Of a DNA stretch of 64,000 nt, positions 53,873-64,000 are shown in pieces. The stretch is from a virus. The notes beneath the pieces were generated by a model that saw nothing but the letters and a program-made list of their open reading frames with translations, did not search any database and was not told the DNA's origin. Position numbers and translations under genes: made by a program. Position 1 is the stretch's first letter. Each line of letters begins with the position of its first letter. The stretch lies in IMG/VR virus record IMGVR_UViG_3300022843_000001, positions 64,001-128,000 of that record; one strand, 5' to 3'.

Positions 53873-54871
53873 TTATTTATTATTTAACGCAGCAATATAC
53901 TGTGTCATTGAATTAGAAAGTGACTTAGTAACAGGGCCAGCTTCGTTTAATTCATCTTCATCAGCAGTAACTACAGTGGTTTTAAAGTAAGATTCTTTTA
54001 AAGTGGTTACTTTTGTAGTAAAAGTTTCAGCACTTTCAAAATCAATATCTTCGACTAAAGTTTTTAGTTTTTCAATTTCCGATTCAGACAACCCAATTGA
54101 AGACTCACGAATGATTTGTTGCTTAACAAGTTTCGCATTTTCTTCTTTAAGTTTGATGTTACGCGCAACTTCTGTATTATAATCTTCTTCAAGACCTGCA
54201 GCTTTATTGCTAAGTTCATCAACAAGATCAACCTTGCTTTCTGGAACTTCGACATAATGCTCATCGAATACAGTTTTCAGTGAACTAATAAATGATTCCG
54301 CGATTTCGGTACGAATGCCTTTTTCTACTTCGATTGTGTTATCTTCCATCCATGTTTCAACAACATAGTTTAAATAACCATCAACCTTTTCGACTAATGC
54401 TGATTGTATAGCATCAACTTCTTCGTTTAATTTTTCAGCATATTCTTCTTCTAAACGGTCAACAGTTTCATTGATTTTAGATGTAAGAGCTGCTTCAAAT
54501 ATAACAGAAGCCTTGGCACGAAATGCTTCAGATAAAGTAGATTCGCCTTCAACTAATGCGTCAAGATCTTTTTTGAATACTTCTTCTTTCTTCAATTTCT
54601 TGGCTTTTAGTTTTGCAGCAGACGCCTTAACAGCAGCGGCAGTAGCAGCGGCAGCTTCTTCGCCGTCATCTTCTACAGATTCGTCAACGTCATCTTCGTC
54701 TTCTTCGTCTTCTTCACCTTCCTTGAAAGGTTTAGCTTTTTTCTTTCCGAAGTTGTCTAGATTTTCATCTTGCTCATCTTCGTCTTCTTCTTCTTCGGTT
54801 TCCTCATCAAACTCTTCAATGTCTTCAACGAGTTCATCTTGGAGGTCATGCGGGTTTTTGTACTTTTTCAT
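53873..54871 (-). CDS. gp22: Prohead core scaffold protein
   Basis: KASVIFEAA, VDGYLNYVVETWM, EHYVEVPE; late promoter at 54991-54998. Confidence 0.92.
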   Translation of the reverse strand: MKKYKNPHDLQDELVEDIEEFDEETEEEEDEDEQDENLDNFGKKKAKPFKEGEEDEEDEDDVDESVEDDGEEAAAATAAAVKASAAKLKAKKLKKEEVFKKDLDALVEGESTLSEAFRAKASVIFEAALTSKINETVDRLEEEYAEKLNEEVDAIQSALVEKVDGYLNYVVETWMEDNTIEVEKGIRTEIAESFISSLKTVFDEHYVEVPESKVDLVDELSNKAAGLEEDYNTEVARNIKLKEENAKLVKQQIIRESSIGLSESEIEKLKTLVEDIDFESAETFTTKVTTLKESYFKTTVVTADEDELNEAGPVTKSLSNSMTQYIAALNNK

Positions 54872-55021
54872 ATGTACAGTGCTCCTAAAATGTTAAAGTA
54901 TTGAGAGGAAATCACATGATGTAACTTCAGTCCCACTTAATCAAATAACCCATTATATAGTTAAAAACGATTATTTCAAATCATTAATTATATTTATACA
55001 AAAACGATCCTCTGGATCGAA

Positions 55022-55666
55022 TTATATCGTATTTAAGAAATCCTTAAATAATTTAAAAGATAGATCAGTATCCATCTTCTTATTTTTAAGAGTCTTTCTT
55101 TGTTCTTCCAATGTCTCCATTGCATAGACGCCATGCTTTTCATCATACAACCATTCAGCACCTTCTAAGATACCATTAACGAATGCTTCATGAGCAGAAG
55201 GGTCTTGTACAATATCAACAGTGTTAAGCATAAAATCTTCGCCTACCTGATTGATACCATTTTTTGTTACTAATGAACCCATACCCCGTGATGATACACC
55301 AAGCTGAACTCCTCCTTCAATTAAACCTTTCGCGATTAATCCCATAGGAGTATCAAGTAACTTCGCCTTTCCTAAAACATTATTTCCTTCCCAGGTCAGT
55401 TCTGTGATAAGATGAGATACTTTGTCAAGATTGATTGTAGGACCTTCTGGGTGGTTTAATTCACCAACCGATCGTCCTGCCGCTATTTGAGTTTTAGAAT
55501 ATGTCTCTACTGCCTTTTCCATGATCTTCTTTGGATATATACGGCCGTTTCGATTCTTTTTCTCTGACTGCATGAATATACCTTTTATATAGGTACTTTT
55601 CTTTTGGCCGTTAGATTCTGTGATATATTCAAGTTCTTGGCCGAAATCTTCACATATAAGTTTCAT
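55022..55666 (-). CDS. gp21: Prohead protease
   Basis: GIFMQ...NRNGRIYP, GELNHP, GVSSRGMGS, DPSAHEA. Confidence 0.96.
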   Translation of the reverse strand: MKLICEDFGQELEYITESNGQKKSTYIKGIFMQSEKKNRNGRIYPKKIMEKAVETYSKTQIAAGRSVGELNHPEGPTINLDKVSHLITELTWEGNNVLGKAKLLDTPMGLIAKGLIEGGVQLGVSSRGMGSLVTKNGINQVGEDFMLNTVDIVQDPSAHEAFVNGILEGAEWLYDEKHGVYAMETLEEQRKTLKNKKMDTDLSFKLFKDFLNTI

Positions 55667-55818
55667 TAGTCTTCCTGTTTATAGATCGACTTACCTATCT
55701 CTACTTTCTTTGCTTCAATAGCATCTGAGATACGAGCGCCAATCTCTTGTTTGAACATTGAATTAGCTTCTGGACTATCACCATCTGCTATTGATTTAAT
55801 CATTTTTTCTATTGACAT
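55666..55818 (-). CDS. Small prohead core protein (gp67/68 position; 50 aa, not in the ORF track)
   Basis: MSIEKMIKSIADGDSPEANSMFKQEIGARISDAIEAKKVEIGKSIYKQED; TAATG overlap with gp21. Confidence 0.7.
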   Translation of the reverse strand: MSIEKMIKSIADGDSPEANSMFKQEIGARISDAIEAKKVEIGKSIYKQED

Positions 55819-55831
55819 AATATTTCTCCGT

Positions 55832-56308
55832 TTATCCTTTAGGATAAGTTATAGATGTAAGTCTTAACAGAGAACTACCTGCAAATAAACTCTGTGTTTG
55901 ATTTTTGTCCATTACTAATGAACCTGCAGCTTCTATTGACATAGAAGCAACCGCTCTGTCGAATTGAATAACCTCTGCCGTTCCTGAACCATCAATATCA
56001 TCGGTAAGATTATTATCCAATGTTATTGCGTTGCCTGCTATAGCAGTTATAACTGAACCGGTGTCAATGTTTGCTGCAGTTGCAACATCTCCAATTAATA
56101 ATCCAACAACATTATCTAATGTCAAAACAGATTGACCTGACGCATTGTTGACTGAAGTTGTTTGTGGATTATTATCTACAAGAGTAATAACATGAGAATT
56201 TGAGCTATCTGTATTAGTAATTCGAACTGCCTTACCTAAAGACACAGTCGATGCTGTTGCTTGTGAGGTAGGAGAAGATATTTCCAAAGTCAGTGGTTTG
56301 TAATACAT
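55832..56308 (-). CDS. Late structural-like protein
   Basis: Beta-rich S/T/A/G composition; late promoter at 56333-56340. Confidence 0.55.
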   Translation of the reverse strand: MYYKPLTLEISSPTSQATASTVSLGKAVRITNTDSSNSHVITLVDNNPQTTSVNNASGQSVLTLDNVVGLLIGDVATAANIDTGSVITAIAGNAITLDNNLTDDIDGSGTAEVIQFDRAVASMSIEAAGSLVMDKNQTQSLFAGSSLLRLTSITYPKG

Positions 56309-56459
56309 AGTTTCTATCCTTTAATATGTTTATATTTATACAATCTATATCTAGACTATTTCAAACCTAGAAATTTGATAGTTGTTAGCAATTTGCCGAT
56401 TATTTTACCAAACGATCCCTCTTGTTCATTACTTATTCCTTCAATACAGAAGTCATCGA

Positions 56460-58067
56460 TTATATTAATAATTTATTCAGCTCATTAATTTCATCATCTG
56501 ATTTATCTGCCTTATCTTCTTCTAAGTCTAATGGTTTATCATCCACAACCAAATCTGTGGATTCACCAAAATCGTCGTCATCGTCTGGAGCCGCGTCCTT
56601 TTCGGCCTGTATTTGTTCGATGGTTAATGCGATATCTTCATCATTCTGCATTAAAATATTCTTTCTTACCCATTCAACGGAGTAGTATCTGCCAACGTAT
56701 TCGTCAACTTCTCTAAGAGTAAGGATTCTTTCCCTTAACAATTCCGCATTTTTCATTTCTGCGAAGTGAGAATCTTTAATAAAATTAACCGAAATATCGT
56801 GCTTGATTACTAACCATTCTTCTTCAGTTACAATACCTTTGAGTATTAACTGAGTATGAAGCATGTCTATGAAAAGATTTGAAAACTTTTTTCGTATACG
56901 TGAAACAAACTTTTGAAATTTAAGTTCTTCTCTTGTAGTTTCACTTGCACGACCTAACGAGATCATACCTGAGTTTTCAGTATCTAATCTAGATGCAGGT
57001 ACAGTTAATGCCTTGTATAGTTTCTTTTGAAAATATATAATATCGTCAATCTGTCCTAGATTGTCACCACCTGGGAGAGTTGATATTTCTGTTCCTCGAC
57101 CGCCTTCGCGTCTTGGTAACCAAAAATCTTCAAGCATAGACATATGTTTATTGTTGTCTTTAAGTTCACCAGTAGATGCATCGTAGACCATTTTGTTGCG
57201 ATACCGAGCCATGATATTTCTTAGATATTCCTCGGCTTTGCCTTTAGGTAGATTACCAACGTCTATATAAAATATACGTCTTTCAGGTGCCCGTGACATA
57301 CGGTAGACAACCAAGCTGTCTTCCATCATACGCAATTGATTAACCGCTTTCATTGCTTTGTGTAGATGAGAAAGCACTTGCGTTCTAGTAGGATCAAATA
57401 ATCCAGATGTTACATATGTAATAGAATCTGGAGCAACTTTAAGTCCTGTGTTGGCCGCGCCAATTCCACCAATTCCATTCTTTTCATAGATATAAAATTC
57501 GTTTGTTCCTGTAATTATCTCTGCTTTGGTTACAGGGTCAATTTCTTTTATTACTTCTTTTACCTTTCTGATCTTGGTTGAATCAATTGGTCGTACTTCA
57601 ATCAAACCTTTTTTAGGATTGTCTGGGTCTATAATTTTGTGGTAATATAACCTACCGTCAACGTACCAACGTCTAAATATATCATGACCTTGAAAATTCA
57701 TATTCAGCAATTCGCCGATATATTCAAATTCTTTTCTTATAATATTCTTTATTCTGTCTGGTTGTTTTAAATCGTCTAGCGTAATGCTAACAGGAGATGA
57801 AGAATCGTCTGACACGATTGCTTCGTTTACTATATCGTCTACAGCTGCATCACATTCAGCTTGCATTGCTATATCACGATACTTTATAATTAGTTCTTTA
57901 TCGTTTTGCGCTTGGCCGCCGTCTTGATCTAAATATGTTCCATAATGGCCGCCAGCGTCAACTACATAACCGCCGTCATCGTCATTTACCGCTGGAACAA
58001 ACGACTTATTTTCTTTGTTTTCCTTGCCTTTTCGTACTATTTCAAATCCAAAAAAATCTAATGCCAT
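56460..58067 (-). CDS. gp20: Portal protein
   Basis: FRRWYVDGR, NQLRMMEDSLVVYR.SRAPERRIFYIDVGNLP, EDFWLPRREGGRGTEI; late promoter at 58125-58132. Confidence 0.97.
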   Translation of the reverse strand: MALDFFGFEIVRKGKENKENKSFVPAVNDDDGGYVVDAGGHYGTYLDQDGGQAQNDKELIIKYRDIAMQAECDAAVDDIVNEAIVSDDSSSPVSITLDDLKQPDRIKNIIRKEFEYIGELLNMNFQGHDIFRRWYVDGRLYYHKIIDPDNPKKGLIEVRPIDSTKIRKVKEVIKEIDPVTKAEIITGTNEFYIYEKNGIGGIGAANTGLKVAPDSITYVTSGLFDPTRTQVLSHLHKAMKAVNQLRMMEDSLVVYRMSRAPERRIFYIDVGNLPKGKAEEYLRNIMARYRNKMVYDASTGELKDNNKHMSMLEDFWLPRREGGRGTEISTLPGGDNLGQIDDIIYFQKKLYKALTVPASRLDTENSGMISLGRASETTREELKFQKFVSRIRKKFSNLFIDMLHTQLILKGIVTEEEWLVIKHDISVNFIKDSHFAEMKNAELLRERILTLREVDEYVGRYYSVEWVRKNILMQNDEDIALTIEQIQAEKDAAPDDDDDFGESTDLVVDDKPLDLEEDKADKSDDEINELNKLLI

Positions 58068-58089
58068 TATACAATACCTCTTTATATAG

Positions 58090-58113
58090 AAAGGGGAGAG
58101 CGTACCCTCCCCA
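58090..58113 (-). terminator. Terminator after gp19
   Basis: GGGGAG/CTCCCC stem plus UUUCU. Confidence 0.7.
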
Positions 58114-58136
58114 TATGTTTCTATTATTTATAACGC

Positions 58137-58664
58137 CTAGCTTGTTGAACTGGATTCCCAATATTGGATTTGTAATTCAACTGTAAATTCTTCAATTGTG
58201 TTTTCACTATCATAGTTAACATCGATAGCAGAAACATTTGAAGGCCAACATCCACGGATATTGTAAGTCTTAGTAACAACTCCTTCTTTGTTTAGTTGTT
58301 CAACAACCATATCAGCTGAATAATCGGTAGGATTGCTCAAACCTGTATTATTGTTATGTTGGTTGATACCATTCATCCATTGCTCAAACGAGTTACGAAC
58401 ACTCATCTCAACATCATTGATAACCGTCAAGGTCCAAGGTTCGAAAGTTCTATCGCCTGCAATTTGCAGTTGACGACCACGAAAAGGAATCATGATTGGT
58501 GCAATGATTGATGCTGGAAGTGAAGCACCTTTGATAAGGAAAGATGCAAGTTCGGGGTCACCGCCCGCATATCCTGGAAAGTTACAAGTAACTCGGAACA
58601 TATTAGCCCGAGCACCGCCACCTTTTAATTTCGACTTGAAGTCATCTACGCCTAAAGTTGCCAT
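58137..58664 (-). CDS. gp19: Tail tube protein
   Basis: GGARANMF, LPAS, FRGRQL.IAGDRTFEPWT, IEEFTVE. Confidence 0.96.
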   Translation of the reverse strand: MATLGVDDFKSKLKGGGARANMFRVTCNFPGYAGGDPELASFLIKGASLPASIIAPIMIPFRGRQLQIAGDRTFEPWTLTVINDVEMSVRNSFEQWMNGINQHNNNTGLSNPTDYSADMVVEQLNKEGVVTKTYNIRGCWPSNVSAIDVNYDSENTIEEFTVELQIQYWESSSTS

Positions 58665-59317
58665 TAATATATCTCTCCTATTTGAGTTTGTGTTGCAATG
58701 ATGTTACTCATAACTGATTTGATTTGTGTTTCGTTTATATTCATGTGTTTATTCCTATTCTCTTGCCAGGGTATAAATCTTAAGTTGTTTATATGACCTA
58801 ATAACTCGGGAGCAATATTATTATCAAAACCATATTTAATTGATATGATATGATCTAGTTGATAAGCCCCTTCTTGGCCACACAAACCTCGAGGTTTGTC
58901 ATAATTCTTCAAAGACGATAAGTCATTTAATCTTGTAACTCTCAGCACATTCGCATAATATGCTTTCTGGGCATCTTTGTTGGAATTCCAACGTGGATGA
59001 TTCGTCCCTTGCATATTAGGCATTATTCTGCCCTTATTAGCTCTACCAGCAACATTTCCCTTCATCTGAATGCTTTTGCGGCATGTGTAACAAGTATCAG
59101 TATTTCTACTATATCTTTGCGTATAAGTTTCTTCACATAGATCACATTTACATTCAACATCAACACACGAACCGCTCAGAAGTTCAGACACCAATACTTT
59201 AATTCTTGGTATGATTCCCCATCGCGGCGCTGGATTATCAAATGAATAACCCTTTGATTGCCAATATTTCATGTTACTGGATGAAATCTTCATTTCGATA
59301 TATTTCGTTATTATCAT
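58664..59317 (-). mobile_element. Free-standing HNH homing endonuclease between gp18 and gp19
   Basis: CKCDLC, CYTC, CGQEGAYQLDHIISI...NLRFIPWQEN; its 3' end carries the gp19 RBS. Confidence 0.8.
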
Positions 59318-59348
59318 CTTTGTTTACCTTTAACAAAACCTAAAAATG

Positions 59349-59405
59349 TGTTTATGCAGAACGATAGGTTATTCGTCTCTTCGGGTGGCCACCCTAGCAT
59401 AAACA
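59349..59405 (-). other. Predicted multi-stem RNA leader
   Basis: TGTTTATGC/GCATAAACA outer stem, GGGTGGCCACCC palindrome and a second inner hairpin. Confidence 0.5.
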
Positions 59406-59415
59406 TAACTCTTAT

Positions 59416-61107
59416 TTACTGACCTGCTATTTCAGAGAATTCGACCCCCGTTCTAGTTGCAATAAAGTTCAATGTAATATAATTTATAGCTCGGGCAGGT
59501 TTGATATAAATATCAGCAACAAAGTTGTTGCTATCGATAACCTGACCCGTGTTATTAGTAGAATCACAAACAACTTTAAAGTCTGTTAAACCACGACGGC
59601 CTTTGATATCTCGTAAGAATGGTTCAACCATATTTCTGAATTGTGCGCGAGTAAACTCATCATTCAATTCAAAGAGTTGAAATTTAGATGCAGTTGCAAC
59701 AGCCTTCTCGAGGACGATAAACAGACGACGAACATTGATTCGATCAAACGCAGATGGGCGAGCCAACATAGTTTTATCACCGTAAAGAATAGTTCCTTCA
59801 CCTGGGAATGAAACGATAGGGTTAACGCGTGCCTTGTAAAGATCATCACGCTCCGCTTTTGTAGGATTATATGCAATCTTAACTGTGTTCAGAATCTGAC
59901 CACGATTAAATCCAGCAGGCGAGAACCATGCATCGGCAACACCATCTGTATAAGCACAAAGTCCTGCGGTATGTCCGTTAGCAGGAATCCAACGATAAAG
60001 ATCGTTGTATTTGTCGTAGATTTTAACAGCAGTAGAATCAGCAACAGAATATGAAGTAGATGCAAGTGCGTTAAAATATTCTAAAACGTTTGTAGCAGGA
60101 GTTGCAGCGTTAACTGTATCTGCGATTGGTGGTGATATAAAAGCAACACAATCCTTCCGGCCTTCAACCAAAGTAATTACTTTAGCGCCCAGGGTTGTTA
60201 CACCGTTAACGTCAACTGGAGCGATTAACAAGTTAATGTCAACAGTTTCAGCATCTGCAAACAGATCAAGTGCTATTGATAATTCACCAGCAGTAGCAGC
60301 AGAACCTTCAACACCACCATTAAGAGTAGTAACTTCGGTTGTACTTCCAGCAGTAAAATCAGTTATACTTGTAGTGCCAGCATCGACAGCAGTAGTGTGA
60401 TCAAGCCAGTAGATGTATTCTGATGTTGAAGCAATAACTTCAATATAGTAGTTAGAAGTACCATCAGTTTTCTTTGCATCAGAAGCAGCAGAAACATATG
60501 CGAATTTTTCTAAAACGTTTCCAGGTGTTCCTGAGATTGTACCCAATGTGTCTATAACGATAATGTGCATTTCATCAAGAGACCCACCACGAGCAACCGC
60601 GTAATCAGAAGAAGTAGGTTTAGAATCAAATTCTTTGTCGTATCGAGCAGCAGAACCTGTCCAAACTGCCCATGCGGCGTCTGACGCAGGACAAACTTCA
60701 ACTTTGATTCCGTTACCGATAGTTCCTGCAGCACGTGCGCCCCAGATACCAACAGAAGCTTCACCAGCCTTAAAATTGTCTTCGTAATGTGATAGATTTT
60801 TGATTAATAATCCAGTTCCAGAACCAGTTGCATTTACTTGTAATGCCTTTGCAGCACGAACAATTCTTAATGAATTTCCGTATTTTAGAAATGCTGCAGC
60901 TTGAAAGAATGGGGTGAAATTTGCGGTGGTTGGTTGACCGAACTTAGCAACCATATCTGTTTCTGATGAAACAGTAGTTACTTCGCCAATCGGGCCCGCC
61001 GAGAAGTCGCCAACCAAAGCACCTATCGATGTAGATACTGCGGGTACGACATTCGTTAAGTCAATTTCCTTGACTTGAACGCCTGCTGATACTTGAAATG
61101 CTGACAT
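59416..61107 (-). CDS. gp18: Tail sheath protein
   Basis: GVQVKEIDLT, AWFSPAGFNRG, SAFDRINVRRLF, IKPARAINYI.LNF; late promoter at 61167-61174. Confidence 0.97.
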   Translation of the reverse strand: MSAFQVSAGVQVKEIDLTNVVPAVSTSIGALVGDFSAGPIGEVTTVSSETDMVAKFGQPTTANFTPFFQAAAFLKYGNSLRIVRAAKALQVNATGSGTGLLIKNLSHYEDNFKAGEASVGIWGARAAGTIGNGIKVEVCPASDAAWAVWTGSAARYDKEFDSKPTSSDYAVARGGSLDEMHIIVIDTLGTISGTPGNVLEKFAYVSAASDAKKTDGTSNYYIEVIASTSEYIYWLDHTTAVDAGTTSITDFTAGSTTEVTTLNGGVEGSAATAGELSIALDLFADAETVDINLLIAPVDVNGVTTLGAKVITLVEGRKDCVAFISPPIADTVNAATPATNVLEYFNALASTSYSVADSTAVKIYDKYNDLYRWIPANGHTAGLCAYTDGVADAWFSPAGFNRGQILNTVKIAYNPTKAERDDLYKARVNPIVSFPGEGTILYGDKTMLARPSAFDRINVRRLFIVLEKAVATASKFQLFELNDEFTRAQFRNMVEPFLRDIKGRRGLTDFKVVCDSTNNTGQVIDSNNFVADIYIKPARAINYITLNFIATRTGVEFSEIAGQ

Positions 61108-61169
61108 GTTTTTATCCTTTGTTAAAATAATAAGAAATCATAATAAGGTTGTATTCAATTTACATATAT

Positions 61170-61826
61170 TTATATCAAATGGTATCTGCGAATCTTTGAT
61201 TTAGATATTCCAGTGAGACGCCAAGCCTCAGATATAGAACTATACAGCTTATTGTCTATTGATACTTCTTTAGATTGTGTTTGTATATAGCCGTTCTCAT
61301 ATAACATTTTTAAACTCTTTGACATTTGATCTCTAACACGAATATCACTCATGGCTTTAATCTTTTTGTCGACAGTTTCGCTACTCTGTTTTACCCCCAT
61401 CTTGCTTTTTGATATCTTGCTTTTTGTTTCTTCAGATTTCCTTTTTCCGGTATTAGCAATCTTCAGCTTGAGTTTAAATGATTCAGATTTAGGCTTTCTT
61501 GCACCTTCTAATGCTGATTTCTCACTGATAGCAAAATTATCCGTTTTATTGAGGAATTTTAAATTTTCAACGACTCTCATTCGTTTTAAAACTACATTTT
61601 CCCATGCTATAGCATTTGAACTATTATCAAAGATTCTTCTTATATTGATAATGTCAGGTTCGCCATATTCCATTCTGAATGATTTGACGTGCTTAGAAGA
61701 AGTAAAGTAAGATACCCATAAATCATCGGGGGTACAGTTTTTGGCATATCTTACCCCATAATAATATTTGGCATATTTCGACCATCCTATAACATAAGTA
61801 TAAGGTTTATAACTAATGGTAGACAT
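61170..61826 (-). mobile_element. Seg-like GIY-YIG/NUMOD3 homing endonuclease between gp17 and gp18
   Basis: PYTYVIGW...YYYGVR...YFTSS, and KSEETKSKISKS NUMOD3 repeats; late promoter at 61893-61900; start refined to MSTIS. Confidence 0.8.
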
Positions 61827-61904
61827 GATAGCTAATACCTCATTTGAGTTTATAGTAAGATTCATAATACGATTATCTTCAATTTACCATTATATTTATA
61901 ATAA

Positions 61905-63527
61905 TTACCAACTTGAAGATTTCATCGTTGTTGAATCGTCTATACCATATCCTCCGTCATCGATTCCGTCATCAACAAACCCAAAAGGTATAACATCATT
62001 TTCTATCATCTTCATATTTTCCGCGTGAATCATATCTCTAAGATTTATATCTGTAATCGATTGAAAGAATGGAGTTGAAGCAAACCAACCAAATAATACA
62101 AGATTCATTACTAAATCGTCGTGATGGCCGTTGGTTGCTTCATAAGAAGAACCTCTTGCTTCAAACGTGGACATTTCTATTATTGTATTTTCATCGCAAA
62201 TCTCTAGTTTATTTTCTTCTATCAGATCTTTGAAGTTGGAACAGCCGATTCTTTTTATCTTCTTGGTCATTTTTACACCAAGTGCATCCGCTTTTACTGC
62301 AGATTCCATATAAACATTTTCGTATTCTAGCTCGTAATATAATCCATTACATACCAGCGTGCCTTGATCGTTGCTTTCAATTACAGCGTACGCTTCGTTA
62401 TAAGTTTTGCAATATTTATAGATCACATCTGGAAACAATAACGGGGAAATCATATTATCTCTGAACACGCAAACCTGCTTCATAGGTCGCGAAGTTATGT
62501 CTATGATTATAAAAGTTGAATAATCCTGTCCTCTACCATGAGCAACATCTACAAAACACATATATTCATGATCGATTTCTGGTTTATAATATACGCTAGC
62601 ATTACCTTGAGTATAAACAGGTTCTGTCTTTCTAAGACTAAGTAATTTGTTGCCATCAATAAGAGTAAGGCCATAACCAATGAACTCGTTACCAAACTCT
62701 TGTCTAAATTGAAGTGCACTAGTATTTTGAATTGTTTCTTGCTTCCACGCCTCGTCTCTACCTGGGACGTCCCACCAATCAACTCGAAAATTGTTATATG
62801 AATTTACTTCCTGAACTGACCCTTCCCATAACTTGTGGAATGAATTGCCAAGACCGTTTGCGGTTGAGGTAATAATAACTCTAGAAGTTTTTCCCGAGGT
62901 TATTACAGGGTAGGTTGAAGTGTAGAATTGAACATCATTTTCAACAAAGGCAAACTCGTCAAGATACAAAAGCGAAATAGATAAACCACGAATAGAACTT
63001 CCACTTGTAGCGGCGGCAACTATACGAGAATTATTATCGAATTCAATTGAACCTTTGTTTAACGCTTTACACCCAGGTTGTAAAAAGAAAGGTACATTTT
63101 CTAACATTAGAGTAATACGAGAAAGCATCTCTCTCGAAGTAGCACCTTTGTTTGCCAATATAGCAACTACCTTTGTTGCATGGAACAAAACATACCAAAG
63201 CAAATACGCGCAAGACGAAATGGACTTACCTGACTGTCTACATGCCAGAACAATGGAAAATCTGTTTGAATTAAAATGATCAAACATATCTTCTTGGTAA
63301 TCATATAAATCGAAATCGACGAGACCTCTATCTAGATGAATTACTTTAAGATAGTTTCGTGCAAAATATGCAGGGTCTGCCATACATTTCTTGTATTCAA
63401 CAACCTGATGCTCTGTAAACTGTGTTACAACCCCTGCGCGCTTTACCTGTGAGTTGCCAAGATATGTTTGTTCAGACGCTGGTGTTACTTGGGTCTTTTG
63501 GTTTATGCTCAAGAGCTTCTCCATCAT
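61905..63527 (-). CDS. gp17: Terminase large subunit
   Basis: CRQSGKS, LDEFAF, TSTANG, QFRQEF, VDVAHG.G.DYS, HDDLVM. Confidence 0.97.
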   Translation of the reverse strand: MMEKLLSINQKTQVTPASEQTYLGNSQVKRAGVVTQFTEHQVVEYKKCMADPAYFARNYLKVIHLDRGLVDFDLYDYQEDMFDHFNSNRFSIVLACRQSGKSISSCAYLLWYVLFHATKVVAILANKGATSREMLSRITLMLENVPFFLQPGCKALNKGSIEFDNNSRIVAAATSGSSIRGLSISLLYLDEFAFVENDVQFYTSTYPVITSGKTSRVIITSTANGLGNSFHKLWEGSVQEVNSYNNFRVDWWDVPGRDEAWKQETIQNTSALQFRQEFGNEFIGYGLTLIDGNKLLSLRKTEPVYTQGNASVYYKPEIDHEYMCFVDVAHGRGQDYSTFIIIDITSRPMKQVCVFRDNMISPLLFPDVIYKYCKTYNEAYAVIESNDQGTLVCNGLYYELEYENVYMESAVKADALGVKMTKKIKRIGCSNFKDLIEENKLEICDENTIIEMSTFEARGSSYEATNGHHDDLVMNLVLFGWFASTPFFQSITDINLRDMIHAENMKMIENDVIPFGFVDDGIDDGGYGIDDSTTMKSSSW

Positions 63528-63852
63528 TAATTTGTTTTAACGCCTGTTGTAAATCCGCGGTGCTGCCAATAAACAAATTATTTGTTGTGGTGCCGTTCGG
63601 TGCATCCAAGCCAGGCTGTGAAACTTTTGTATCTATGTCTTTCTTCTTCTTTTGCAGTTCAATTAATTTTTCCGCCACTTCTGAATTTTGCTTCATAAGT
63701 GTACCCAACACTTCAAACGCTCGAGGGTGTTCAAGATTTTTCGCAAGTTCCATCATTAGATCAATTGCTTCTGCACCTTTTTCTGCTAATTCATAATATT
63801 GCTTTCGGGCAAATTCATAATCATCACGTAAATCTTTTTCATCAATAGCCAT
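63472..63852 (-). CDS. gp16: Terminase small subunit
   Basis: DDYEFAR...HPRAFEV...TNNLFIGSTADLQ. Confidence 0.93.
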   Translation of the reverse strand: MAIDEKDLRDDYEFARKQYYELAEKGAEAIDLMMELAKNLEHPRAFEVLGTLMKQNSEVAEKLIELQKKKKDIDTKVSQPGLDAPNGTTTNNLFIGSTADLQQALKQINDGEALEHKPKDPSNTSV

Positions 63853-63858
63853 TATTTA

Positions 63859-64000
63859 TTACCAATTTTCAGTTACACTTGTTAGCACATCGGTAACAAC
63901 GGTGTTTTGGATTGTTATAGTTTCTCCTGCCACGAAAAGTTCACTTGGAGAAGAAACCAGCAAAGTATTACTATTTATTTGTGTTATTTGACCCACACTT
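63859..64000 (-). CDS. C-terminal fragment of the upstream gene (gp15 position)
   Basis: Open frame SVGQITQIN...VTENW*; identity inferred from synteny only. Confidence 0.45.
   Translation of the reverse strand, partial: SVGQITQINSNTLLVSSPSELFVAGETITIQNTVVTDVLTSVTENW

Noticed and set aside
59349-59405. Hammerhead ribozyme
   Set aside because: The CUGANGA and GAAA core sequences are absent.
2138-63796. The many plus-strand and nested ORFs of 60-185 aa in the track
   Set aside because: They are antisense or alternate-frame shadows of strong minus-strand genes, with no motifs or signals.

Overview
A 64-kb segment of an AT-rich T4-like myovirus genome. Almost every gene is on the minus strand; the gene order and content (PhoH, ThyX, CobS-like ATPase plus vWA partner, HIGH-family NTase) resemble marine T4-like phages. 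In transcription order (right to left) it holds: packaging, tail and head genes (gp15 end, 16, 17, 18, 19, 20, 21, 22, 23, gp3-like); uvsY, a split uvsW, gp55, 47, 46; an early accessory block; the replisome (45, 44, dexA, 62, regA, 43); a sugar/glycosyltransferase block; an AEP-type primase; a DUF262-HNH nuclease; uvsX, 41, thyX; a late block of probable capsid-packaged proteins; a holin-like gene; nrdB and a split-intein nrdA; RNase H, PhoH, exonuclease, ClpP-like protease; topoisomerase II large subunit; and a metallophosphoesterase at the left edge. Transcription signals are legible: 18 minus-strand sigma70 promoters (TTGACA-N17-TATAAT, one with a 16-bp spacer and one with TACAAT), about 15 T4 late promoters (TATAAATA), and two plus-strand sigma70 promoters followed by the same G-rich 33-mer. 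The strongest leads are: (1) uvsW broken by an HNH gene, with both halves keeping what look like the non-catalytic capture strands of a split intein; (2) nrdA fractured into two genes carrying an intact split intein around an HNH gene; (3) a UDP-glucuronate decarboxylase plus TAGT/GREB1-like glycosyltransferase cluster at the position of T4's DNA-modification locus, suggesting pentosylated DNA; (4) gp46 whose original start was displaced by an HNH insertion and which appears to begin at AUU; (5) six consecutive late genes with T4-style capsid-targeting N-termini; (6) a fixed-position 16-bp palindrome upstream of six early promoters. All family calls are from motif recognition by eye; no database search was run. 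No tRNA, rRNA or CRISPR array was seen.
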